64,000 bases of DNA, taken from positions 52,328,001-52,392,000 of the forward strand of contig NC_086381.1 of assembly GCF_036588685.1 (NCBI RefSeq), in the 5' to 3' direction. The notes under the pieces were generated by a model that saw only the letters and a list, made by a program, of their open reading frames with translations, searched no databases and was not told where the DNA came from. Source of the stretch: Mytilus trossulus (lineage: Eukaryota). The stretch's first letter is position 1. Each line of letters starts with the position of its first letter. Of the stretch, positions 12,001 through 25,200 are shown one piece after another. The position numbers and the translations under genes are program-made.

Positions 12001-15000
12001 CTTAAGTTTGCCTCAACCAACTGTTATGAATCTTATTTGTAATGTTTATTACCTCAAAAAGTACAAATTTTGGGTCACTTTTACTGTTATTGGGTTATTG
12101 CACTTTATAATGTTGTATGCTAGTAGGGGCATCATCAGTGTCACATTCCACATTAAATTGACAAAAAATCATTGTTAATATTTTAAATCAAGAATTCTTT
12201 ATGAAGAAGTCAAAGCATATAAAACTGGCTTCCCTTAATCCAAAACCTTTAATCTCTATTGGATAGTTGTTCCAATTATAAATCAAACCACAGGAGGTAT
12301 ATATTACAATTGATATCATATTTATAAATGAAATAAATGTTATACACAATGTTGTTTTATTCAGACATTTAATGACATTGTGTTTACTACAGGACTCTGT
12401 GACTTTGAAGCAGATATCTGTGATTGGACACAGGAATTATCAGCAGATCAGTTTGATTGGAAGAGAGATAGGAATGGTACTAGTTCTACTGGAACCGGCC
12501 CATTGTATGACCACACAACTGAAAGCCAGTATGGTAAGTATCTTGTTTTCACTGTGAAAGTTTATTGTCAATACAGGACAATTTTTAAGGTTTTTGAGGC
12601 TTATTTGTACATCAAATATTATTCCCCCTTTAAAAACTGGAATGTGATTATTATTCATGGAATACCAGTTTTTGCTGATTTCATGTGGAAAAGAAGATCA
12701 CAAAGTTTCAACAAAGTATAAATGCCCTATAATTTGTATGTACATAGAGTAAAACTAATGAAATTCAAAATCCTAGAAAATGTTATTTATCTTCAAACCA
12801 TAAATATTAGTAGCCATGAATATAAATGAAACCAAAATTTAGTCCATCAAATGATGTACCATAGAATGAATCTATATAAATTTTTATACTGAATCCTATC
12901 TCTAAGAATCACTCTCTGATGTCTCTTCAAATTCAAGATTTTTTTTTTATCAATTATTTAATTCCTCTTTACACTTCAAAGTACCACATATGTTAATAAA
13001 ATCTCAATTTATTCAAAGGTTATTACATATATACTGAGGCTTCATCACCAAGAAAAATAGGAGATAAAGCTCGCCTTAATAGTCCTTTGTTTGTTCCTGA
13101 CCCAAAAAGTGGAAAGGAATGTCTGACTTTCTGGTATCACATGCATGGTGTTAGTATTGGCAAGTTAAACGTTTACATCAGACAACAGAACTTCAACGAT
13201 AAGCTGGTATGGGTACAACAAGGAAATCAACCAGATCTCTGGTATTATGCTACTGTTCAACTCAATCCAACTCAGAAATATCAGGTAAATGATAGATATT
13301 TTACTAAATTAAGAAAAATACTGAATCGAGTTATATTTTCACATATTTTTTTTTTTTTTTGGGGGGGGGGGGACATTGGCCACAGTAAAATAGCAACACA
13401 ATAATTTAAGAGAAGCTGAAATCAATAAATATAAAACAAATCTTAGAAGAATGAGAATAATATTCTATCAGTGAATATGATTGATCCAGACAGCTAATAT
13501 AAATCAATATTTGTAGATCATCCTGGAAGGAGTTATGGGTAATGGTTACCAAGGAGATATAGCTGTTGATGATTTAGCTGTGTTACCGGGAGCTTGCCCA
13601 GCACCTGGAAATTGTGATTTCGAATCTGACACTTGTGGTTATCTGAACACCCGTGTAGGTGATCAGTTTGATTGGTTAAGATCAACAGGAGGAACTTTGA
13701 CCCCTAACACTGGACCATCAGTTGACCACACGACAGGCACAGATCAAGGATTCTACATGTTCATTGAATCATCAGGTCGTACCAAGGGAGATAGAGCCTG
13801 GTTCTACAGTCAATACTTCCCCAAAACAACTGGTTCCTGCTTCTCTTTCTGGTATCATATGTATGGAGCAGGTAAGCATCATACATAAAAAAGGGGGGGG
13901 ACATACCCAATAGATAATACATCAATCACCCATACCCTTGCCCTACATCTGGGGAAAACAGACTTGAAAAAACAAATAGACAAGCAACTACAGGTCAAGA
14001 TAGCCTGACTTGAAACAGTATATTTTTACAATATTTGTTGGGATACAAAAATCTTCTGCTTTGCCCATCTAGACAAATTGGTAATGATAAAACACACCAA
14101 AAAAGCTGTGCAGTGGTGCTAGCAACAGAATAACCTCTAACTTATGTATCAAGTTGTTTATTCCAATGAAGGACTTAGAGGGTTGATAGAAAGTCAAATG
14201 TTATTTATTCAAAAAAGCCATTCCAAAGGTAAATCTTGAATTATTTGAATTTAAAAGGCCCTGTTCCTTTGCTTTTGTGTTTTTTTGCTGTACATGTTCT
14301 GATTTTGTGTACACAATGAAATTGAATAAACGACATTAAAGACAACAACACCCATCAATTACCGCACGGTGATTAATTTATTGTGGTCAACATGTTTCGC
14401 CAACACAATGAAATTGAGTTAAAACTTGTTATTACAGATATTGGATCATTAAGACTTTACAAACCAGATCAGACTCAAACACTTATGTTATGGAATGCCA
14501 CAGGAAACCAAGGAAATATATGGAAACAATCACAAGTCTACATCACAAGTCCATCAAAAATGTGGCAGGTAAGGTTTCCATAGAAACAAAAACAAGTCTC
14601 CATAACCTATCTGTCAATGATGGGACAGGGAGATTTCTATAAAAAAAAAAGCAAGCATGAGGCTACATTACTTTTGTGAAGCTCTTATACACCAACTTCC
14701 TGTTTTTGGATTTTAATTTTTCAACTTGAAAATGTTTTTGCAACACTTTTCTTAGCTCAACACCACAGGTAACAAATTGTATTCTGTTTTTATTAAGTTA
14801 TCAATCTTGAAAAATTCAATTAAAATTTTTCAACAAATTGCTATGTTTTAAAATATTTACTTACTACTTACTTGTGTACTGAAAAAATGTCATACTAGGC
14901 TCAGTTAAATTAAGGAAAGAAAAAACAAATAACCTCATTTTCATTCTTTAGTTTAATGAGAATTTTAAAAGTTGAATTTAAAAATATTTCCTTTTCATTG

Positions 15001-18000
15001 TGTTGCCATACTTGATACTATTATCAATTTTATTTTGAAGGTGACCTTTGATGGAGAAGTTGGAGGAGGATATGCAGGTGATATCGCTATTGACGACATT
15101 CAGGTCCATACTGGATTCTGTAACCAGACTGTTGCCACAACAACCATGATGCCAGGAACCACTGTTACATATGGTAAGATCAACGTAATGTTTTCCTTTA
15201 CTGTGGATTCATTTATTTTCATGGGTATCAATTTTTTGTGGATTGCTGAAAACTTGCATATTTTCGTGGATATAGAATTTTGTGGTTTTGCCAATCTCTG
15301 TATAATAATACAAAGCCTATTGAAAATATGATGTTCATTGAACATTTTAATTCGTAGTTGGCATCCAACAAATAATAATGAATCCACAGTATCTTTTAAA
15401 AAAAACATTATTGTTAAATAATTTAACTTGTTGTATTCAGGGTCATAGAAGTTCTTTTATAAGGTTTCTCTTTTGTATAGATTATTCTAAGTGTTGCAGC
15501 ATTGAAAAAGAACATAGTTTGATTGTAAAAAGTTTATCAGTATAAGAAGACATATTTTAGTTACATTTCTTTTGTGAATGATTCTTTTCCATGTATCACT
15601 GATGTTTATGTCAAACAATGTTTTTTTTCAAACAAAGTTTTTTTATGGCATACAATAATGAAAGCAAGTTGCCATCGTTGATTCATTGTTGTTTGTTTAA
15701 TACTCTTGCACATTTAAACAAGATTAAATAAAACAATAAATTAATAAAGTACCTTAAAGTATGTTCACCAGGAGGGGATACAGGAATTTTGGACTGCTAC
15801 TATAAGGGCTGAAATTTGACCTATAGACTTATCAAACATTTGTTTCAAATATTCTTACAGCTAATTTCCTAATGCATGTAAAGCAAAACTTTAGTTGGCT
15901 TGCTTGCTTTGTTTGTATAAATGTTAATACAAGCTTTGTAAATAAGATTGACATCTTTAAACAATATATATAGGCAAAGTTTAACCTGTATATATAATAT
16001 TTAAACTAAATTATCCTAATGATTGTACAATAAAAAAAAAAAAAAGCAAGCAAGCTAACTAAAGTCTTGCTCTACATGCTTTAGGAAATTAGCTGTAAGG
16101 TGCAGAAATTGTCATACTCTATCTGCAGGGGGGATTACTATTGAATAGAACATGAGAATACAAAAAATAGTGTTCTGTATTAAATTTCAATGATTGATAA
16201 CATTTGGTTCATATTTTTCAGCACCAACAAATGTTGACTGTAACTTTGATGGTAATAACATTTGTCAGTGGACGCAAGACCAAACGAATCAATTCCAGTG
16301 GACAATTAAAAGAGGAACTACTACTTCAGTCTCAACAGGTCCTCCATATGACCATAGTACACAGAGTTCAGCAGGTAACATTTAGATATTATCCCATAGA
16401 ATAGAGAGTTCATTTACTAACTTTTGAATATTTTACAATCGTAATAATACCTTTATTATGTTTAACATTCCTTACTATAGCAACAAAGATTCTTTTCACA
16501 AAGACTTTTTTCATTCTCTCAATTGAAAGTGTCACTGAAAAAGGAAAATTTTGTGTCTCTGTACTTAGCAATTTTGCTCCTTACAGTATTAAACTTTTGA
16601 ATAACTTTTTAACAGTTATTTAAACAGTTGGTATGATTGAAACATGTTAGGATTTTTTTAAAATGTTTGTGTATATTTTTCAGGGTACTATATTTACACC
16701 GAATCATCAGGACGGAAAAGAAATGATACAGCCAGAATTATAAGTCCAAGTGTGTTTATGATGGACAGTGGGAAGTGTGTCAAGTTTTGGTACCATATGT
16801 ACGGAGAAAATATATATCTCATGAACTTCTATGCTAAATCAGGTAATCTTTTATCTATATCATCTCACAAAAGACTTTTTAAAAATATGTATTTTTGTAG
16901 ACTTGCTTTGTTTATTCTTTTTTTTTATATCAAGTATACCCAACATCAGCTTTTAGTAATTTGTTGTATATAACATGCATATTACTCGATTCATTTCACT
17001 TGACTGGGCGGAGTTTAACCGATTCGCTCACAATAAACCAGTCCATCTATAGATAGGCGTTTTAGGATAAACTCATCACTGAAGTGTCCAGTTATTGTTT
17101 TGTAAATTCCTTTGATGACACTGATGGCGATAAGAAATCAGTAATAACTATAACTGCAAAATAGATTGTCCTTATGCCAATTAAAACGTAAGCTACACCC
17201 AATCAGTTGAAATAACATTGGAAATACAAATAACGAATATTATTATACCTTACATATATTTCAAACAATTCTATTGGATAACAACTTTTATCACGTGACA
17301 TGGAATAATTCGGTTAATTTTCAAGGGAGGACAAATAACCCTTAAATTTTACACCAGCGGTGAATAACCCCATTATTCAATGGCGAATAACCTTTTAAGT
17401 GTCTAGATTTGCACTGGAATTACCTCCCATGAAAATGACATCACAGACGTAAATAAACAAGATGGCAGTGTTCAGGTTACACTGACAGCCCATTGAGAGA
17501 TAAGGAAATAAGGCTTTAGAAATGAATAGAGTGCCAGCAGTCGATGATTTATCTTATAAACGGTCCTTTTCAGGGCCATTGATATTTTACAAAAAGATTC
17601 TACCTTTGTTGTACATCCGAGATATTCTTGAACACAAACATGACAAATGGTATTTTCTTGAGCTAGTTTCAACGTCAGCTTGTGTTTGTTATGTAAAAAA
17701 TATGCTAAGTGTTGAAAAGGCCCTTCCACTGTTAGTTAGGTATAATAAAACAATTGTGGCCCCTTAGAATCGATGAATATCAAAAATTGTCAACCCTTAA
17801 AAGTTATTTCACTTGAAATAACCTTCTCGTGTTGACAATTTTGGATATTCACCTTTTCAACGGGCCATAATTGTATATTGTTTTTCAGCAAACATTTATA
17901 AATACTTTTCTCCTATTCCCAAGTCTGGGGAGAGGGGTTAAATTGTATATAACATGTTTAATATCCCTCATTTCATTATACATTTTGATTTCTTTTAATT

Positions 18001-21000
18001 CAGAAAATATTGTGATTTTTTCATTATTGCGAAGAATGTGACAGTAATTTCTGAATTTACAGTAATATAATAGATATATTGTTGTGTACCTGAAGTTCAG
18101 GTAACAATGTTTCTATACCAAAAGAGTGAAAATTCATGGGTTATTTTTCTTCATAGGGACAACTCTCGGAACACCATTATGGACGAAGCAAGGAAATCAA
18201 GGCAACCAATGGGAATATGGACAAGTTTATGTGACCCCACATGCATTGTCATCTGTATCAGGCCAGACTCAGGCAACTGTTGAGGTATTTGTTGTTTAGA
18301 AGACTATTTTATTTAAATTTGTTCAAGAAATAAAGAAAAGAGAAAGTTTAGGACGTGTTTTTTTTTTTATGCTGTATGCTATTGCAGTTAAATTTGTTAT
18401 ATATATAGATTAACTGAAAAAAGGTTACAATGTATAAATTTTTGAACAAAATCATTACTAACATTTGCCAAAAATCAAAGCCAAGGAACAGTACTGTTAT
18501 TGCTTTTTCTTTGGCTTGAAGCATGATGTTTTCTTGACAACAAGATATTTATAGTCATAGAGAACTTGTGAATTTATGATAAATTTTGAAAACATTGTAA
18601 TAACTGATAGGTGCTTATTGACATTGATAAAAAATTAAACAATTAACATATTATATGCAAATTTTGTTGGTTGATTTAGTAGTCCCTAAATGACTATGAA
18701 TTATGAAATAATAATCAAATATTGACTCAACAGAAGTGGTACCACAACATCGTCTTTTTTGCATTGTTTTGTCTATTATGATTTATCATGTGGAAAACTT
18801 TTTTTTCTTACAGTTTGTTTTTGAGGGTGTGTTAGGATTGGGATACAAAGGTGATATGGCTTTAGACGATATATCAATGAATGACGGACCATGTCCACCA
18901 TCAAGTAAGTCTTCTATAAATAGTCTGCATTCTTTACTTCTGTTAATCGGTCATACTGACACAAGGGCAATATGGCTTTAGATGATATATCAATGAATGA
19001 CGGACCGTGTCCACCATCAAGTAAGTCTTCTATAAATAGTCTGCATTCTCTACTACTGTTACTCTGCCATACTATAGAATGTTGAAAATTGACTTGATTG
19101 GCAGGTCTTGTCACATAATTTCTTATGACTTAAAAACTGCATAAATTGAAATGATAGTATGTGAGTAACTTTGCAACCATAGATTTTTAGTTGACAGTGA
19201 TTTGTTTATCGCGATCAGCACTATTTGTCAAGGCAATATATTTTCAAAATATTCAAATCGTTGTTGTTTTAAAAGGCAAATGTGCAAATTACATCCATAT
19301 TGAACATGCACTATTGGGAGTTTGGAGGAGTCTCATCTAGAGTTCCTGTGAAAATAAATGATGAATCTGAAATTTTTTGTGAAAACAGTGTCAAAGACAT
19401 TATAAATCCTGAATTTCTGTCAAAATACAAAATAACTGACTTTTCACAAAACTGTTGCAAATTAAAAAGCTCAATCCTAAATTCCAGAAATAGGTTCTTT
19501 GTCCTGACTATTCTGGAGTGAGTTATTTTGAGATATATACAAATCATTCTAATGCAACTTGGATGTAACATTTTTTTTCATTGGCTTAAAGTTGCCGTCA
19601 AATCCACAGTTGACCAGGCGTAACTAAGGAGGAACCCGCCATTTTGAATTGATGAATCAACAAATGTTCAAATACTACTATATAATCGAAAATAAAACAA
19701 CACCTACCTCGAATTCGCCGTTTCAATGTAACTTTATCTGAATTTGAAGCGTACAAGTAACGTAATATCCTCCAGTTTGTAAGTTTTCATTTGTATGACG
19801 TCACGTTTAGCAATGACGTCTTTGTGCCAAAATCATTCATGAAGTTTCGCGTATTTTTTATATTAGACAAATTTAGACATTTTTTCAAGTTTTATTGTAT
19901 TTTTTCCTTTTGTAATGCATTAGAATCGAAGTAACAGTACTGTAGTTGAAGAGTTGCCACCATATTTTCATTTGACAGTCGCAAATCTCCGTTTTACTGT
20001 CTCCGCTAGGCGTCGCCAGTAAAACTGTGTTTGCGACTCTCAAATCTACAATTGACGGTGGCAACTCTTCAACTACAGTACTGTTATTCCTTAATTGTGA
20101 ATGATGTATGTATAGATACATTGTTAACATGTTTGTTGTTTACTAATGACTATATTTGATACTAGTCTTTTGATATTAATGTTGGAAACATTAAATTTAG
20201 AACACAGCTTATACCATGTAAGTAATCTCTTGTTTCCTTCTTTAACAGGCACCTGCGACTTTGAGACAGTTGACCTATGTGGATATGTCCAGGATTCAAC
20301 TGATACACTTAATTTTGATTGGATAAGAGCATCAGGAAAAACAGCATCAGCTAATACTGGTCCCTCGTTTGACCATACTTATGGTACTAAAGCCGGTAAG
20401 TTCTTAATTATTGAAACATAAAAACCTTTATTTTCAATACTTTTACTGTTTTCAAACTGAATCCTTAAAAAAACGAATGAGCTATATTTGCTTATTTGTT
20501 AATGAAATTGAGAAAGGAAATGGGGAATGTGTCAAAAAGACAACAACCTGACCATAGAAAAAATACATCAGCAGAAGGTCACCAACAGATCTTCAATGTA
20601 GCGAGAAATTCCTGCACCCGGAGGCGTCCTTCAGCTGGCCCCTAAACAAATATATACTAGTTCAGTGATAATGAAAGCCATACTAATTTCCAAATAGTAC
20701 ACAAGAAACTAAAATTAAAAATAATACAAGACTAACAAAGGCCATAGGCTCCTGACTTGGGACAGGCGCAAAAATGCAGCGGGGTTAAACATGTTTGTGA
20801 GATCTCAACCCTCCCCCTATACCTCTAGCCAATGTAGAAAAGTAAACGAATGATTTAAAGTTTTCAGTTTGTTAACATAGTCTGTATATTACTTTGTAAA
20901 AGAACTTGATCCACCTCTTGTTAAAAGTTAATAATGTATCAGAGAAAAGTCTTTGAAATGTTATAAAGTTACTTTATTTGAAAGGGCTTCTATTTCTTTC

Positions 21001-22261
21001 TTTTTTTTATTAATTGCTTACATATAAAACTTCTTCTTTTTTTTTAATATGAAGGTTACTACATGTACATTGAGTCATCCAGACCAAGGTTACCAGGTAA
21101 TAAAGCCAGACTATTAACTCCTAAATATCCAGCAACCAATGGGAAGTGCTTAACATTCTACTATCACATGTATGGAAATGGTATCGGCACATTGAATATC
21201 AAAATGTTCCAACAAGGACAGTTTGTACCACCAATCTGGACAAGGAGCGGTAACCAAGGCAACATCTGGAGAATTGGACAAGTCAATTTAGTAACAGCTT
21301 CTACATTCCAGGTATTTTACTTTTGTAAGGGATAAATATTCAAATGTCATATCAGAAAAAAGTTGGAGTGGATTTTTTTTAAAGGAGAATGGGGCAAATA
21401 AAAAAATGTTGAAGCATCCATCAAAAAGATACTAGATATCTATATGTTTGCCTAATTCATATTTTAGTTGTAGCTTGTAACTCCCTAAAGTGTAGGCAAA
21501 TTTCAAACAAAAACAACTCTCTTGAAAAAACCTCATCACAGATACCAGGATTAAATTTTGTATTTATTCCTGAGTTAGAAAAGCCTTAATTTTTTTTTAA
21601 ATTTAAAAGTTTTCGTAAACAGTTAATTTATAAATATGACCATTTCAATGATAATTTATATGAGCTAACTATATTATTTAGTAGAGATGGCCTTATCATC
21701 AAGCACTTTAAGATACTGTAAATTCAGAAATTATTGCATACATTTATTATTGAGAATTAGAAGAATGGAGATTATTTATTGGGATTTCTGGAAAATCTGC
21801 GTACAGTTATATGTATAAGATATCAGAATGCCAGTTTTAATTATTTCGAAACTCATTCAGTCACATTATTGACAACAATTAAAACCATGCAATCATTTCT
21901 CAATTTATAAATTTGTCAAACATTATTGTATTTTTAGGTAACATTCAAAGCAATTTGTTTGACAAATATATTTGTATTTATAGGTTGCGTTTGAAGCTAT
22001 TTATATGACAAACATTTTTGTATTTTCAGGTTGCGTTTGAAGCTGTTCGTGGTCGTACCTACTCAGGTGATATAGCTATTGATGATGTCAACATTATTGA
22101 TGGCAAATGTCCACCTCCTGGTAACTGTAACTTTGAGAAGGGACTGTGTACTTGGTCTAACGACATAATAGGAGATGATTTTGATTGGATTAGACATCAG
22201 GGAAGAACAGTTAGTTCTGGCACAGGACCAACAGCAGATCACACCATAGGCAACCAGAATG
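90..22261 (+). CDS. MALRD1-like exons 1-26 (intron-rich block: end of a MAM, LDLa-MAM-LDLa, then a run of MAM domains)
   Basis: 26 exons of 91-355 nt; ORF-track fragments such as [32 protein letters not shown] and [24 protein letters not shown] join in frame when spliced. Confidence 0.9.
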
Positions 22262-25200
22262 GTATGTTTCTAAAGTGGATTTAAGTTATTCTACTGTGGA
22301 TTCGTTTATTTTCGTGGGTACCATTATTCGTGGATTGATGAAAACTATAATTGTCGTGGATATTTGATTTCATGGTTTTTCAAATGTCTGTTTTATCACA
22401 CAACACAATTGCTCTTAGTTGAACCTTTACATTTGTGATGTCCATGTACCCACGAAATCCATGAAAATTGGTATCCAACGATTAATATTGAATCCACAGT
22501 GTGTTAATTTTTTTTAATGGCTTGCCCACATGAGCATCTGAACAGTATTACAGCATTTAAATAAAATTTCACAAATAAATGTTTTTAAAAATATTCTAAC
22601 AAGGACATAACTGTGAGAACACATACACTTATAACTGTTAACCAAACTTTGAACTATTCAAATAATAAGGAATTAACTGTAAATCTTAAAATCTGACACA
22701 TAATTGTTGTAAAAATACTTTTTTTTTTAAACAAAAATCTCTCAATTTTACTCTTTTCTCTTTCAGGAAATTACCTATACATAGAGTCATCTAAACCTCA
22801 GCTTCCAGGCCAGAAATCTCGCCTACGATCAGAAGTCCTACCTAAAACTGCAGGCAGTTGTTTTACATTCTATTACCTAATGCATGGAAACACAATGGGA
22901 ACACTTAATCTGTACAAGGATACAATAGGGTTACAGACAGTACCAAATCAACATTTTAGTCTGTTTTCTGTAACAGGGGACCAGGGACTAAAGTGGGTCC
23001 AGGGACTGGTTAACTTGACAAGTACACAAGAATACACATTGGCTTTTGAGGCAGTGATTGGAAACGGATATTCTAGTGATATAGCTATTGATGACATCTC
23101 CATACAGACTGGATTCTGTCCTGCTGTGCCACTGACCAGTAAAATGTATACCTGTACTGGTGGATCATCAATCTCAGCCCTTAAAGTATGCGACTTTGTC
23201 AAAGATTGTCCACAAGGGGATGATGAGAACAACTGTGGAAACTGTACATTTGATGCTTCACAATGTGGATGGATTGATTCAAGTGTGGGATCCTTCAGAT
23301 GGACTAGACATAACAATGGAACAGAAACAGCCAACACTGGACCGCAGAGTGACCACACCACAGGAACAGCAAAGGGTTACTACATGTATGTGGATGCAAA
23401 TTTCGGCAGAAGATATGCATTTGCAACCTTACAGACTCCTACTCTGAGAAAATCAGCAGCAACCTGCCAGATGTCCTTCTGGTATCATATGTATGGACGT
23501 TCTATTGGATCACTTACAGTGTCCAAGGTCATTCAAGGTCAATCTACTGTTCTACAATATTTGTCAAGAAATAAGGGAAATGCATGGCAGCAAGCTACAA
23601 TAAATATTGGCAGAGAGCCGAGAGATTTTATAATACAGTTCATGGCTAGAAGAAGTTTGTCTGTTCTTGGAGACATTGCTATTGATGATGTAACCTTTGT
23701 GAACTGTGGACTACCCCCAATACAAGCATCATGTGGTACCAACCAGTTTAGGTGTCAAAGAGGTTCTTGTGTTGACAACACCCGACTCTGTGACTTCACT
23801 GATGACTGTGGAGACCAAAGCGATGAAACACAATGTTCAGGTTACCCATCTCGATGCTCTTTTACCAACTCATTATGTGATTGGAGTCAGGACAAGGGAG
23901 ACAACTTTGACTGGACAAGAAGAAATTCACCAACACCATCAAGAGGCACTGGACCTACCAGAGACCATACCTCTGGACTGAGAACTGGAGGGTTCGTTTA
24001 TATTGAAACATCAAGTCCAAGGAAGCCAGGTGATGTAGCTAGACTTCTGAGTACACCGTTCCAAGCAGTTTCATCTGTCTGTAATCTAGTCTTTTATTTT
24101 AATATGAATGGAAGATCCGTAGGTAATCTTAATGTTTACATGAGAACAAATGGCGGCAGTACTCCAGTAACTAAACTTCTTACCAAGACAGGCAATCGTG
24201 GGGATATATGGGACAGAGCCAGTATAAATCTAATCAGTCAGTATCCATTCCAGATTATCATTGAAGCAACAGTGGGTGGACTTGTCTATGGAGACATAGC
24301 AATTGATGATGTGGTATTTAGTAAAGGATGTGTCAAGGCAGGAAATGTCATCTTCCCAACAGCTGTTACTATTCCTGCGACTGTGCCGACACCTAATCAA
24401 TGTTCAAATGGACAAGGTAACTTCAAAGCCTGTGGATCATGTGACTTTGAGTTGTCAACTTGTGGCTGGACCGATTTAAGTAATGGAAGATATAATTTTA
24501 GTCGACACTCAGCTACTCAAAACCAGGGAGCAATAGTTGGACCCCCAGTGGACCACACCAAGGGATCACCCTCTGGATACTATGTATTTGTAGAAGGTTC
24601 ACAAGGAGTATTCTTCAGTAAGGCATTATTCCAAAGTCAACTGCTTCCCCCATCAGCCAGCACTTGTGAGATGTATTTCTACTTTGACATGTTTGGTCCA
24701 AATGTTGGAACTCTGGTTGTCTCTGCTAATATAAATGGAACAATAACAAACTTAAACGTAATAAGAGGTGACCAAGGAAGAGGCTGGCACCTAGGAAAAG
24801 CATACATTGGACAGAAACTTGGAGCCATCAGTTCTCCATTTAGAATGCAACTGAGTGTCCTTCCTGCAAGGTCATTTGCAGCCTCCACTACAAATGATGT
24901 TGGAATTGATGATATTTCATTTGTAAACTGTGACCAGAATGTAGCACCACCTAATATAAGTTGTAACTTTGATAGTGGAATATGTAACTGGACCCAAGCT
25001 ATCGATGATGACTTCCAGTGGACCTTAAAAAGTGGTTCCACACCATCCCCAGGAACTGGACCACCTTCAGATCATACATCAGGCAAGGGCCAATACATAT
25101 ATATTGAAACATCTTCTCCAAGGAAGAGAGGAAACAGCGCTGTAGTAGACAGTCCAGTGTTGCCACCCACACCAGCCCAGGGTAACTGTCTTTCATTCTG

